Origin: an uncultured Thermoleophilia bacterium
Lineage (GTDB): Bacteria > Actinomycetota > Thermoleophilia > UBA2241
Length of the DNA: 64,000 bases
Direction: 5' to 3'
Assembly: GCA_963739595.1 (NCBI GenBank)
Contig: CAVUBA010000025.1
Span: 19,200-83,199, forward strand
The first letter of the stretch is position 1; each line of letters begins with the position of its first letter. The notes beneath the pieces were generated by a model. It was given only the letters and a program-made list of their open reading frames with translations. It was not told the origin of the DNA and searched no databases. The position numbers and the translations under genes are program-made. Of the stretch, positions 1 through 9,395 are shown in pieces.

Positions 1-590
1 GGAACACGGTGAGGTTGTCGCCCGGCTGGGTGACCATCTGCAGTTCCTGCAGGGCGGACACGCCGGCGTCGGGGTAGTACACGCAGACTCGGGTGTGGGC
101 GCGATCGGCGAAGCCGTTGAGCGCCGCCACGCCGGTGTCGCCGCTGGTCGCGACCAGGATGAGGAAGTCCAGGTCGGTCGCCGCCCTTGGCGTGCGCCTG
201 CTCGAGCGCCTCGCTGAAGTAGAGCGGCATGCACTGCAGGGCCATGTCCTTGAAGGCCAGCGTGGGGCCGTGCCAGAGCTCGAGGACGTGACGCCCCGGA
301 GCCACTTCGCGGACCGGGGCGACCTCGGGTGCGTCGAAGTTGGGGCCGTAGGCCCGCGCCGCGATCTCGCGCGTCTTCTCGGCGGCGACGTCGAGGCCGA
401 ACGCCTCGTACACGGCCGCCGCCCGCGCGTGGTACGGCACGTGCGCCAGCGCCGCGATCTGCTCCACGGTGAACCGCGGCAGCCGCTCGGGGACGAACAG
501 GCCGCCGCCCGGCGCGATGCCCTCGAGGATCGCCTCCGTGAACGTGCGGGGCGCGTCGATCGCGCCGCGGGTGTCGAGGTACCGGATCAT
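1..590 (-). CDS. thrC: Threonine synthase, N-terminal portion. The gene runs off the window start. A -1/+1 frame change appears near 180-190.
   Basis: Minus-strand translation from ATG at 590-588 gives MIRYLDTRG...HVPYHARA. After a frame change it continues ATDLDFLILVATSGDTGVAALNGF, the PLP-binding ILVATSGDTG motif of threonine synthases. The plus-strand ORFs listed here are antisense artifacts. Confidence 0.75.
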   Translation of the reverse strand, partial: MIRYLDTRGAIDAPRTFTEAILEGIAPGGGLFVPERLPRFTVEQIAALAHVPYHARAAAVYEAFGLDVAAEKTREIAARAYGPNFDAPEVAPVREVAPGRHVLELWHGPTLAFKDMALQCMPLYFSEALEQAHAKGGDRPGLPHPGRDQRRHRRGGAQRLRRSRPHPSLRVLPRRRRVRPAGTADGHPAGRQPHRV

Positions 591-679
591 GGCCCGGGAT
601 TCTACAGGAACAGAGCGGGGGCATGCGCGGCCGGGAGCCCGACTCCGAGCTGCACCGGACCGCCCGATCGGCTGACCGC

Positions 680-714
680 TTGACAATCGCTCGCGATGCA
701 TTACGATATATCGT
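680..714 (+). promoter_or_regulatory. Candidate sigma70-like promoter (TTGACA, 16 nt spacer, TACGAT) overlapped by a perfect 12 bp palindrome ACGATATATCGT. Likely the autoregulatory operator of the downstream PadR gene.
   Basis: TTGACA at 680-685 and TACGAT at 702-707. Palindrome ACGATATATCGT at 703-714. AGGAGA RBS 6 nt before ATG 739. This is an AT-rich patch in a very GC-rich background. Confidence 0.45.
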
Positions 715-738
715 GTTACAACGATACAAGGAGATACC

Positions 739-1335
739 ATGTACGGACACAAGCATTCCGACAGCCCCGCCGGTCATCCCGGCTGCGGGCCGCGCGGCGA
801 GGGCTGCGGCCCCGCGCACTTCAAGTTCGGCCCCCACGGGCCCGGCTTCGGCCGCGGTCACGGGCACGGCGGCCGCGGACCGTGGTCCCGGGCCCGTCGC
901 GGCGACGTGCGCACGGCCATCCTTCTCTTGCTCGCCGACGAGCCGATGCACGGCTACCAGATCATGCAGCGGCTCGAGGAGAAGAGCGGCGGCGCCTGGC
1001 GCCCGAGCCCCGGCTCGGTGTACCCGACGCTCCAGCTGCTCGAGGACCAGGGCATCATCAAGGGCGAGGAGGCCGAGGGCCGGCGCGTGTTCTCGCTGAC
1101 CGAAGGCGGCGCCGAGGCGGCCGCGGCTCTCAAGGAGCGCCTCGGCGAGTCGCCGTTCGACGCGGAGGGCGGCGAGCAGGATCCGCGCTTCGCCCTGCGT
1201 CAGGCGGTGTTCTCGCTCGGCGGCGCCGTCAAGCAGGTCGCCATGACGGGATCGGCGGACGACACGCAGAAGGCGCTCGAGATCCTGCGCGACGCGCGCA
1301 AGAAGGTCTACGCGCTGCTGGCAGACGCGGAGTGA
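739..1335 (+). CDS. PadR-family transcriptional regulator
   Basis: ILLLLADEPMHGYQIMQRLEEKSGGAWRPSPGSVYPTLQLLEDQGII is a typical PadR winged-helix core. The Gly/His-rich N-terminus is low complexity. Intact ORF with an RBS. Confidence 0.8.
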   Translation: MYGHKHSDSPAGHPGCGPRGEGCGPAHFKFGPHGPGFGRGHGHGGRGPWSRARRGDVRTAILLLLADEPMHGYQIMQRLEEKSGGAWRPSPGSVYPTLQLLEDQGIIKGEEAEGRRVFSLTEGGAEAAAALKERLGESPFDAEGGEQDPRFALRQAVFSLGGAVKQVAMTGSADDTQKALEILRDARKKVYALLADAE

Positions 1336-1382
1336 CGCTGGGGCGGGGCCGGCGACAGACCGGTCCCGCCTGCGCGAGTCGG

Positions 1383-2020
1383 GCGCGGCGAGGCCGCGCG
1401 GCGCCGGCCGGGCTCAGGCCCGGCCGGCGGCGTCTCCGTCTCCGGGACGGCGCCGGCAGCAGGGTGATCCGGCTCGGCTCGACGCCGGCGGCGACGAGCG
1501 CCCGGGCCGCAGCGCGCGTCGGCGCGTAGGCCTCGTCGAGCTTGCCGTAGAACCAGGCGCTGTAGCGGCGCCGCAGCCGCCCGGCGATGTCGCCGGGCCC
1601 GTGCGGCGCCTCCAGCCCATCCGGGTCCACGGCTCCGGTGACCGGCAGGTGCAGCAGGCGCGCGGCGGCGAGGGCGACCAGTCCCTGGCCCGCCGCCGAG
1701 TCGGTGTGGATGGCGGTGAAGCCCTCCTCCTCGAGGTAGTCCACGACCTCCACCAGCGGCGGCACGACCCAGCGCGGTCGGTCGCCGTTCGGTGACGGTC
1801 GCCAGGCCAGCGCGCGGAAGTCGACGGTGCCCGCGGCGGCGGTCTCCGAGTCGACGGAACAGGTCAGCAGCGTCACGTCCACGTCGTGCCGCGTTGCCGA
1901 CGCATCGGCCGCGGTGGCCTCGCGCGCCTGCTCTGATGCAGCTCGTGTGGCGCGCTCGCGCAGAGCACGGCCACCCTCTCGCGCCGCGTGTGCCGGCGCT
2001 CTCCGAGGAAGTAGGCGCGC
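1383..2020 (-). pseudogene. Decayed or fragmented family-4 glycosyltransferase remnant downstream of the PHP gene
   Basis: Pieces in two frames carry GT4-like motifs: FTAIHTDSAAGQGLVALAAARLLHLPVTG, YSAWFYGKL and RALVAAGVEPSRITLLP. It is far too short for a GT4 (about 400 aa expected). Its frame runs into the 3' end of the convergent PadR gene with no proper C-terminus. Confidence 0.3.
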
Positions 2021-2023
2021 AGC

Positions 2024-3262
2024 TCATCCTGGAGCGTGCGGTCGCGGCTCTGGAAGCTCCAGGCGAAGTAGTAGGGCAGCTCGAGGAAGGCGACCATGCC
2101 GACCGCGTACATGCTCTGCAGCCGGCGCTTGAGGCCCATGCGCGCGCCTGCGGTCGAGCAGCGCGCGCAGGTGCAGGCTCATCACGTCGTCGGCGAGCCG
2201 CTGCGCAACCACGAACAGCCGGCGGTTGAGTTCCTTGGCGTCGACCGCGTTGATGCCGTCGGGGTCGGCGACCAGGCTGCCGATCTCGCGCTCGAGGAGT
2301 CCCTCCCAGGCGGGGCCGCGCGGGTCGCCGTCGCGGTAGAGGCCGGGGACGATGCTGCGCACTCCCTGTACCGTCTTCTCCAGCACCGGCACCTCGCGGC
2401 CGATGCGTCCGAACCCCTTGCGCAGCAGGCCGAGCGCGCGTCTCTGCTCTTCACCCTCGTCGAGGCGCAGGATCTCGCGGATCTTCCAGAACGACGCGGC
2501 GTAGATGCTGTGCGCCAGCAGCCGTGAGTCGCCGTCGGCGCCGCCGTGGTCGCAGTCGCCGGCGGCGACGGCGGCCAGGAAGCCCTCCGGCGTGCCGTCG
2601 CCGCCGCCGAGCGTGAAGGCGCTCGCCGAGAAGAGGCCGCTGTGGTCGTCGGAGCCTCCCGTGAGGCCTTTGCGCCACGGCGTCTCGCCGTAGGGCTCGA
2701 TCCCCTGGCGTTCCGCCATCGCCTCCAGGTCCTCGCGCGTGAGTACGTCGACGATGCCGCGCAGGAGGCCGTTGCAGCGGCTCGTGCGCGCGCCGTTGCG
2801 CCCCTCGAGCACGTTGAACAGCAGCAGCATGCGCTCCACCGACTCCGGGGTGAGCTTGCCGCTCATGTCGAAGAGCGGGTGCGCGAGGAAGTGGGCGACT
2901 CCCGCCTCGCGCAGGCACGCGACGAGGTCGTGGACGTTCTCGCTGGCGCTGTTCGCCGTCTCGAACGTGGCCTCGTCGATGCCCAGGGCGACCACGTGCA
3001 CGCGGACGCCGTCCTCCGGGAACCAGCTGTCCAGTTCGGTGCTGAGGAAGGTGCCGGGCAGATGGGCGATCGCCAGCGAGCCCGCCAGCGTGTTGTGGTC
3101 GGTGATGGTGACGAAGTCCATGCCCCGCGCCCGCTGGGCGTGGTACAGCTCCACCGGGTCGGTGAAGGACTCCGCGCTGCGGAGCGCGCGGATCCCCGCG
3201 TTGCCCGACGCGTCGGAGTACCTGGAGTGGACGTGGAGGTCGGCTCTGAACGTTGGTGTCAC
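2024..3262 (-). CDS. PHP-domain (polymerase/histidinol phosphatase-like) metal-dependent phosphoesterase with an extended C-terminal domain
   Basis: VTPTFRADLHVHSRYSDASG...MDFVTITDHNTLAGS is the PHP motif set. The likely start is GTG at 3262, not the upstream ATG of the 469-aa ORF. The C-terminal 15-20 residues look frame-disturbed. Confidence 0.7.
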   Translation of the reverse strand: MTPTFRADLHVHSRYSDASGNAGIRALRSAESFTDPVELYHAQRARGMDFVTITDHNTLAGSLAIAHLPGTFLSTELDSWFPEDGVRVHVVALGIDEATFETANSASENVHDLVACLREAGVAHFLAHPLFDMSGKLTPESVERMLLLFNVLEGRNGARTSRCNGLLRGIVDVLTREDLEAMAERQGIEPYGETPWRKGLTGGSDDHSGLFSASAFTLGGGDGTPEGFLAAVAAGDCDHGGADGDSRLLAHSIYAASFWKIREILRLDEGEEQRRALGLLRKGFGRIGREVPVLEKTVQGVRSIVPGLYRDGDPRGPAWEGLLEREIGSLVADPDGINAVDAKELNRRLFVVAQRLADDVMSLHLRALLDRRRAHGPQAPAAEHVRGRHGRLPRAALLLRLELPEPRPHAPG

Positions 3263-3362
3263 ACCTTCACTATACCGCCCGCACGCGCGGCCGGACGCTC
3301 GGCGCACGCGCCGGCGCGCGGAGACTTTGTCTTTCCCGCGCGATGCCGCTACTGTCTCTCGC

Positions 3363-3896
3363 ATGGAGTACGCCCACCACGCAGTGCTCACCGCCGTGGG
3401 CAACGACCGCCCGGGGCTCGTCGACGAGGTCACGCGCTACATCACGGAGCGCGGCGGCAATCTCGAGGACAGCCGCATGGTCAACCTGCGCGGCCAGTTC
3501 GCGATGATGATGCTGGTCGCCGGCAGCGAAGAGGCGATGAGCCGCCTCCAGGACGGCCTCGGCACCCTGCGCCGCGGCAGCCACGTGCACGCGGAGTTGC
3601 GGGTGGCGGAGCTCGGGGCGACGGAGCGGCCGCCGGCGCTGCCCTTCCGGCTCAACACCTGGGCCATGGATCACCCGGGCCTCATGCAGTCGGTGTCCCA
3701 CCTCCTCGGCGACCTGGGCGTCAACATCGAGAGCGCGGACTCGTCGCTGCGGCCGGCGCCGTACACCAACGCGCCGCTCTTCGAGATGGAGCTGGTGATC
3801 TCGGTGCCGGCGGCCACGCACGTGGCCGGTCTGCGCGAGGCGCTCGGCGAGCTCTGCGACGAGATGAACATCGACTGGCAGCTCACGGCCCTCTAG
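3363..3896 (+). CDS. Two-ACT-domain regulatory protein (GcvR/UPF0237-like)
   Basis: MEYAHHAVLTAVGNDRPGLVDEVTRYITERGGNLED, then a second ACT repeat HPGLMQSVSHLLGDLGVNIE. It is the C-terminal part of the 385-aa ORF, starting at ATG 3363. Divergent from the PHP gene. Confidence 0.7.
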   Translation: MEYAHHAVLTAVGNDRPGLVDEVTRYITERGGNLEDSRMVNLRGQFAMMMLVAGSEEAMSRLQDGLGTLRRGSHVHAELRVAELGATERPPALPFRLNTWAMDHPGLMQSVSHLLGDLGVNIESADSSLRPAPYTNAPLFEMELVISVPAATHVAGLREALGELCDEMNIDWQLTAL

Positions 3897-5656
3897 GGCC
3901 GGGGCGTGCGCGGTCGGCCTGCCGGCGCGCCTCGCCTCCGCTCGCCGCCGCGGCCAGCAGACGCGCGGCCTCGTCGGTGACGAACGACGGCCAGGGCGCC
4001 GGCCGGTCGCGCTCCAGCGCGACGACGCCGGCGCCTTCTTCCGTGAGCTCGCCGATGTCCGTGGCCGGGATGCCGGCCGTCGCGAGCATCCCGGTCAGCT
4101 CCGCGGCGTCCGCCGGGTCGCAGCAGATGAGGAGGCTGCCGGAGGCGATCAGGCCGAGCGGGTCGGCGCCCAGCAGCGCGCACAGACGCTTCGTCTCGGG
4201 TGAGACGGGGACGCGGTCGCGGTGGACGAGGACGCCGTGCCCGGTGGCCGTCGCCAGCTCGCGCAGCGCCGTGGCGAGGCCGCCCTCGGTCACGTCGTGC
4301 ATGGCGCGCACCCCGGCCACGTCCCGGGCCAGCCGCGCCTCCGGGAGGATGCTGGCCCGATCCTGCAGGGCGCGGCAGGCGTCCAGCTCGCCCTGGGTCA
4401 TGCCGAGGGCGCGGAGGCGCTCGCCGAGTTCCCCGGCGAGCAGGGCCGCGCCCTCCATCGCCAGCGCCTTGGTGAGCAGCACGCGGTCGCCGGCGCGCGC
4501 CGAGCGCTTGTCCTTCAGCTCGGCGCGGCGCAGCGTCCCGAGCGCCGTGAGCGACACGACGGGTCGCGTGACGGCGTCCGTCACTTCCGTGTGGCCGCCG
4601 GCCAGGGTGACGCCGGCCTCGTCGGCGGCCGCGGCCAGCCCGCCGAGGACCGCGAGGGCCTGCGACGGCGTGGTGCCCGCGGGCAGGAGCACCGTCGCCA
4701 GCAGCCAGCGGGGGTCCGCGCCGGAGGCGGCGATGTCGTTGACGTTGACGAGGACGGCGGCGCGGCCGACGGCGTCGCCGCCCAGGGTGATCGGATCGCC
4801 GTGGGCCACGAGGAGCTCGGCGCCGTCGAGGTCGACGGCGGCCACGTCCTCGCCGACCCGCGGGGGTACCAGCAGGGCCGGGTCACCGCCGGCGACGCCG
4901 GCGAGGAACCCGGCCAGCAGGTCGTTCGGCAGCTTGCCCGGCGCCAGCGGCAGGCCGAGGCGGACGACGTCCGCGAGCTCGGCCAGGCGGCCGACGACGA
5001 AGTCGCAGTCGGCCGCGTCCGGCCCTCCGGCGTCCTCCGCGCCTGCAGCGCCGCCTCCGGCCCCGCCGCCGTTGGCGAGATACGCGGTGACGGCGCCGGC
5101 GGCGCGCCCCGCCTGCATGTCCAGCAGGTAGTCGCCGACCACGAGCGTCTCCTCCGGAGCGGCGCCCATCAGGGCGGCGGCGTGCAGCACGCCGTCCGGC
5201 GCCGGCTTGGGCGCCACGTCGTCGTCGCGGGTCACGACGACGTCGAAATCGGCGGCGGTGAGGGACGGGAAGCGGCTCAGGGCGCGCTCCACCGCGCGCA
5301 GCCCGTTGCGCGTGAGGACGCCTACGGCGAGACCGTCCTCCTTGAGCCGGCGGACGAGTTCTTCGGCGCCTTCGTTCGGCGCCGAGGCGTCGGCGGCGGC
5401 GAGTTCGAAGCGCTCGAGGGCGAGGGCTGCGGCGTCGCGTTCTTCAGCCGCGCGGCAGCGCCAGGATCCACTCGAGGACGAACTGGTCCGGCGGACAGCC
5501 GACTTCGCGCTTGATCGCGGCGAAGTCGAGCGCGCCGGGGTGAGTCAGCGTGCCGTCGAAGTCGAACAGGACGGCACGCAGCCGGAACGGCCGCGCGGCG
5601 CTGACGCCGGCGCGGCCCTCCTTGCCGTCACTGCGCGAAGGCCTTGAGGCAGACAC
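3883..5656 (-). CDS. HAD-superfamily phosphatase domain apparently fused to an AIR-synthase-related (PurM-like) domain. One frameshift near 5445.
   Basis: HAD motif I LFDFDGTL, then in the next frame EELVRRLKEDGLAVGVLTRN and motifs III/IV KPAPDG and VVGDYLLDMQAGRAAG. The same frame continues without a stop into the PurM-like N-domain GEDVAAVDLDG...VLVNVNDIAASGADP and the C-domain. Confidence 0.55.
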
Positions 5657-7082
5657 TGGCGTTCGCGCGCACTCTGGTCACGTCCGTCCACGTCGTCCCG
5701 TTGCGGCTCATGAAGCTCTGACCGCGCGTCGCCGTCGCGCGGCGCATCCAGCTGCGAGCGGGACGTTCCATCGCCAGCGGGTGGTAGTCGCCGGGCGAGT
5801 ACAGCCTGATCGCCACGACGAACCGCCGGCCCTCGGTGACCTGCAGGGGCTCCGAGAACGGCACCGTGCCGTAGCCGGGGAGCTCCCGGACGCCGTGGGC
5901 GCGGAGGGTGAGCGTCTTGAAGCGTCGGGCCCGCCCAGACCTGGTACCGGGTGGACGACGACAGAGTGTAGAAGCCCGCCGCGGAGACGGCCTGCGTCGC
6001 CGTGGCGGTGTACCGGGTCGCGCCCCAGGCGGCGGGGACGCCGTAGCCCCAGTGGTCGGTCACGCCGAGGTCGTCGTACTGGTAGATGCCGGCGTAGTTG
6101 TCCGTGTTCTCGACGCCGGCGTAGGAGGTGGCCCCGCCGTAGCCGCCGAGGCCCTGGTCGCGCGCGAACGACTTGTCGTAGTAGGACACCCAGAAGTAGC
6201 CCTCGTCGCCCCAGTCGGGCCCCCAGCTGTTGCGCACGAGGAACGCACCTGGGCCCGGCGGCTGACCGATACGCGCCGTCGAAGTCGCTCGCCGGGTAAT
6301 CGTCGTCGCCAGCCGACGATGTCAACGCCGTGGTTCTCGCCCCAGGCGTACTTGAGGTAGTGCGTCGCCTGGATCGTGCCGGTCTCGTCGTGGACTCGCT
6401 GTACGCGCTGCTGTCCCAGTACATGCCCACGCTGAGCGCGCCGTTCTCGCGCACGAGCTGCTTGATGAGGGCGTTGTCGCTCCACGACCCGCGACCCGGC
6501 ATCATGACGACGCCCTGGACGTGCTTCTGGACGGTGTCGACGCCGGCGGCGTCATGCGTGCCATACGGGTCGTCCGTCTCGTCGACCGGGCCGGCCCAGC
6601 GCGCGAAGTAGGCGATCGCCATGAAGTCGTAGCCGCCGAAGTTGTACCGTCCGGTCAGGGACGACCCGTAGCCGCTGCGGCCGACCAGGTTGTCCTCGCT
6701 GAAGTCGGGCGCGCGGGTCGGCCGGCATGAGCTTCGACTCGAGCGCGCCGATGTTGGCGAATGCCCAGCAGGTCGAGTACGGGTCCTGGTCCTTGACCGG
6801 CGTCACGCGGCCCACGTCGCGGAGGTCGTAGGACGAGGGCTCGTCCATGCGCGCGGCGGCGGACTCGGCCGCCGTGCTCACGTGCAGCTCGACGGGGCTG
6901 GGCACTCTCCCGAGGCCGAGCGTCACCAGCGGATCGTGCAGCGCCTCGACGAACGCCGGGCTGAGCGGCCCCGGCTCCGGCTGCGCCGTCGTCCCGGCCG
7001 CTCCGGCCGCCGGCGCCAGCACGGCCACCAGCACCGCGATGATCGCGAGGAGGACGGGGGCGCTGCGGCGGGCGGTGCTCAT
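5628..7082 (-). pseudogene. Secreted papain-like (C1 family) cysteine peptidase with a C-terminal beta-rich domain, disrupted by at least 4 frameshifts
   Basis: Signal peptide MSTARRSAPVLLAIIAVLVAVLAPAAGAAG. Catalytic Cys context DQDPYSTCWAFANIGALES. His/Asn region YLKYAWGENHGVDIVGW and VRNSWGPDWGDEGYFWVSYYDKSF. These segments are spread over three frames in several ORF pieces. Confidence 0.7.
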
Positions 7083-7361
7083 CGGCTGCCTTTCTCGGCT
7101 GCTGTCTACGGGTCGGTGCATCGGCAACTCGCGACCCGCCCTGAATCCTAGCCTCGTTGGTCCTGTTCCGCATCCCCGAGGGGTGTTGCGCCGTCGCCGG
7201 TGCGGCTCCAGCCGCGTCGGGTGGGCAGGGCTCGGCCATCGTCGATGCACCGAGCTCGGTCGCCGTCGCGCGGGCTCATCGGTAGTCGCGGGCTCGGCCA
7301 TCGCGCAGGGGGTGGACGGCGCGGCCGGGGGAGGTACCTCACCCGGCGGCCGGTGAAACGA

Positions 7362-7395
7362 CGAAGGGGCGGCGGCCCGAGGGCCGCGCCCTTCG
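7362..7395 (-). terminator. Imperfect GC-rich hairpin, possible terminator for the small minus-strand ORF
   Basis: cgaaggggcggcggccc ga gggccgcgcccttcg. The outer 7 bp and inner 3-4 bp pair. It lies about 55 bp downstream of the stop at 7449. Confidence 0.3.
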
Positions 7396-7448
7396 TGCGG
7401 GGTCGGGTCAGGGGGTTCCCCGGCCGCGCAGGTCGGCGGGGATGGGCC

Positions 7449-7841
7449 TCAGTCGCCCTGCTCCACAGTCGTCGCCGTCACCGTCACCGTCGTCATCGAC
7501 GCCGGTGGAGCCCGCAGATCGCTCGCCGACACGGGCGTCATCCCAGCAGTCCTTCTCGTCGCTGCTCGCGGCGGAGTGCGCGGACGTGGCCGCGCGTGGT
7601 GACGGTAGCACAGGGCGCTCGGGGCGGTCGTCGCCTGGGTCCCGCCGCGGAAGCGGCCTTCGCTGCCTGCTGGTCCGGCGTCATGTCGGCCTGGATCGCC
7701 GGCACTGTGGCCTCGCCGACGGCGCCCGCCGACGCCGCGGACGCGGAGCTGGCGTCGCCCGTGGGTGGCTGCCAGGGCGCCGCCCACCCCGACGACGACG
7801 ACGACGGTGACGATGAGGACGAACAACGGTACACGTCTCAT
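7449..7841 (-). CDS. Hypothetical small protein with an N-terminal hydrophobic (signal or TM-like) segment. Weakly supported.
   Basis: MRRVPLFVLIVTVVVVVGVGGALAATHG... The rest is Arg/Gly rich. An overlapping alternative frame gives more protein-like text, so a frameshift is possible. No homolog recognised. Confidence 0.25.
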   Translation of the reverse strand: MRRVPLFVLIVTVVVVVGVGGALAATHGRRQLRVRGVGGRRRRGHSAGDPGRHDAGPAGSEGRFRGGTQATTAPSALCYRHHARPRPRTPPRAATRRTAGMTPVSASDLRAPPASMTTVTVTATTVEQGD

Positions 7842-7996
7842 GGCTCCTCCGATCGCTGTGCGCAAGGCCCTTCGTGAGCGATGCGCGATCATCCCGTGCC
7901 CCGACAGTGTCGCGCCGGACCGCTGAAGGCGCCGTTAACCCCGCAGTGGGCGGCGGCGCCACGGTCGCGGCGTTCCGGAAGACGGAGCAGTCGGAG

Positions 7997-9349
7997 TCAG
8001 TCCGCGGTCGCGGCCCCGGGCGCCCCGGGCGCGACGTCGCGCGGCGGCCGCGGCCTGCAGGCCGGCTTGAAGACGAGGTAGGCGATCGGGCCGGTGAGGA
8101 CGCCGGCCAGCCCGCCGATGAGCCAGTCGCCGCCGTTGGTGAAGAGCGCGATGATGGCGATGGCGATGGCCGGCGCGCAGATCGCCCCCAGCGCCAGCGT
8201 GCCGCCGCGCACCCGGAACGGCCGCTCCAGGCCCGGCTCGCGCACGCGCAGCGCGATCGCGGCCACGAAGATCAGGACGTAGTAGAACATCATGAGGAAG
8301 ACGTCGATGACGATCAGCGTCTGGAACCCCCAGCGGACGAGAAGCGCGTTCACCGCGGCGAGGAACACGATGGACACCCACGGCGTGCCGAACTTGTGGT
8401 GCGTGCGCGTGAGGACGCTGGGCAGCAGGTGGTCGGCGGCCATGGCGTAGGCCGGCCGCGCGCCCTGCGCCAGGTATTCCTGGTACAGGGCGAGGTTGCC
8501 GACGACCGCGGCCACCAGCATCGCCAGGCCGAGGGCGCTACCGCCCAGCTGCCTGGCGATCTCGACGAAGGTGAAGCCCTCGGTGCTCCACTCCGCCCAG
8601 CGGCCGACCCCGCCGAGCGCCGCCAGCGTGGGCACGAAGTACGAGATGACGACGATGGGCATGGCGATCATGAGGCCGCGGGGGATGACCCGGCGAGGCT
8701 CTTCGACCTCGCCGGCCAGCACCGACATCGAGTCGTAGCCCGAGTACATCCACATGCCGACGGCCAGCGCGTAGCCGATGCTCGTCAGCACGCTCTGACC
8801 GGGATACGCGAACGGCTGCCACGGCACTCCGTGCCAGTGCGTGAACCCGAGCACGGTCATCACCACGAACGGCGTCATGATGATGACCGTCATCACGACC
8901 GAGCTGATGGCGATCACGTTGAGGCCGCGGATGTTGAGGTAGGCGAACACGGCGATGATCGCCACGCCGAGCAGCCACGCGAGGTTGGGGCTCAGGTCGA
9001 GCCAGCTCGCCAGGTAGTCGCGGATGAGCGCGATGTAGACGGCGGAGTCGACGAAGGTGGTCAGCCACGACCACCAGCCGCACTGGAAGCCCCAGTACTC
9101 GCCGAGGCCGCGCTTGACCCAGACGTAGTAGCCGCCCTCCTCCGGGATCGCCGAGCCCAGCTCGGCGCAGACGAGGCCCATAGGCAGCGCCCAGAGCACG
9201 GGCAGGACGAGCAGCAGCGCGAGCGCGACGCCGGGTCCCGACGAGCCGACCATGTCCTCGAGGCCGAAGGCCCCCGAGGAGACGAACACGAAGATGATGA
9301 CGACGACGGTCGCGAGCCGCAGCCTCACCCTTCGCAGCTGGTTCTCCAT
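7997..9349 (-). CDS. APC-superfamily amino acid/polyamine permease
   Basis: Intact 450-aa ORF with about 12 TM segments and APC hallmarks (GSAIPEEGGYYVWVKRGLGEYWGF, AGEVEEPRR). It lies 46 bp downstream of the dehydrogenase gene on the same strand. Confidence 0.85.
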   Translation of the reverse strand: MENQLRRVRLRLATVVVIIFVFVSSGAFGLEDMVGSSGPGVALALLLVLPVLWALPMGLVCAELGSAIPEEGGYYVWVKRGLGEYWGFQCGWWSWLTTFVDSAVYIALIRDYLASWLDLSPNLAWLLGVAIIAVFAYLNIRGLNVIAISSVVMTVIIMTPFVVMTVLGFTHWHGVPWQPFAYPGQSVLTSIGYALAVGMWMYSGYDSMSVLAGEVEEPRRVIPRGLMIAMPIVVISYFVPTLAALGGVGRWAEWSTEGFTFVEIARQLGGSALGLAMLVAAVVGNLALYQEYLAQGARPAYAMAADHLLPSVLTRTHHKFGTPWVSIVFLAAVNALLVRWGFQTLIVIDVFLMMFYYVLIFVAAIALRVREPGLERPFRVRGGTLALGAICAPAIAIAIIALFTNGGDWLIGGLAGVLTGPIAYLVFKPACRPRPPRDVAPGAPGAATAD

Positions 9350-9395
9350 GTTCCCCCCTGGCGGGCCGGCGCCGTCGAGGGCCCGCCTCCCGACG

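Noticed and set aside
93-683. 196-aa plus-strand ORF and neighbours (469-675, 623-1099)
   Set aside because: They are antisense or shifted-frame readings over the minus-strand threonine synthase gene and the PadR promoter. Their Arg/Pro-rich composition is typical of non-coding frames in high-GC DNA.
2546-5131. 861-aa ORF, and similar long Arg/Ala/Pro-rich ORFs (696-1529, 1308-2027, 7874-9607, 15883-20319 minus 1478 aa, 16560-18269)
   Set aside because: These are low-complexity translations of the opposite strand or an alternative frame of real genes (PHP, HAD/PurM, APC permease, the giant activase gene). They have no motifs, and stop-free frames are expected at about 72% GC.
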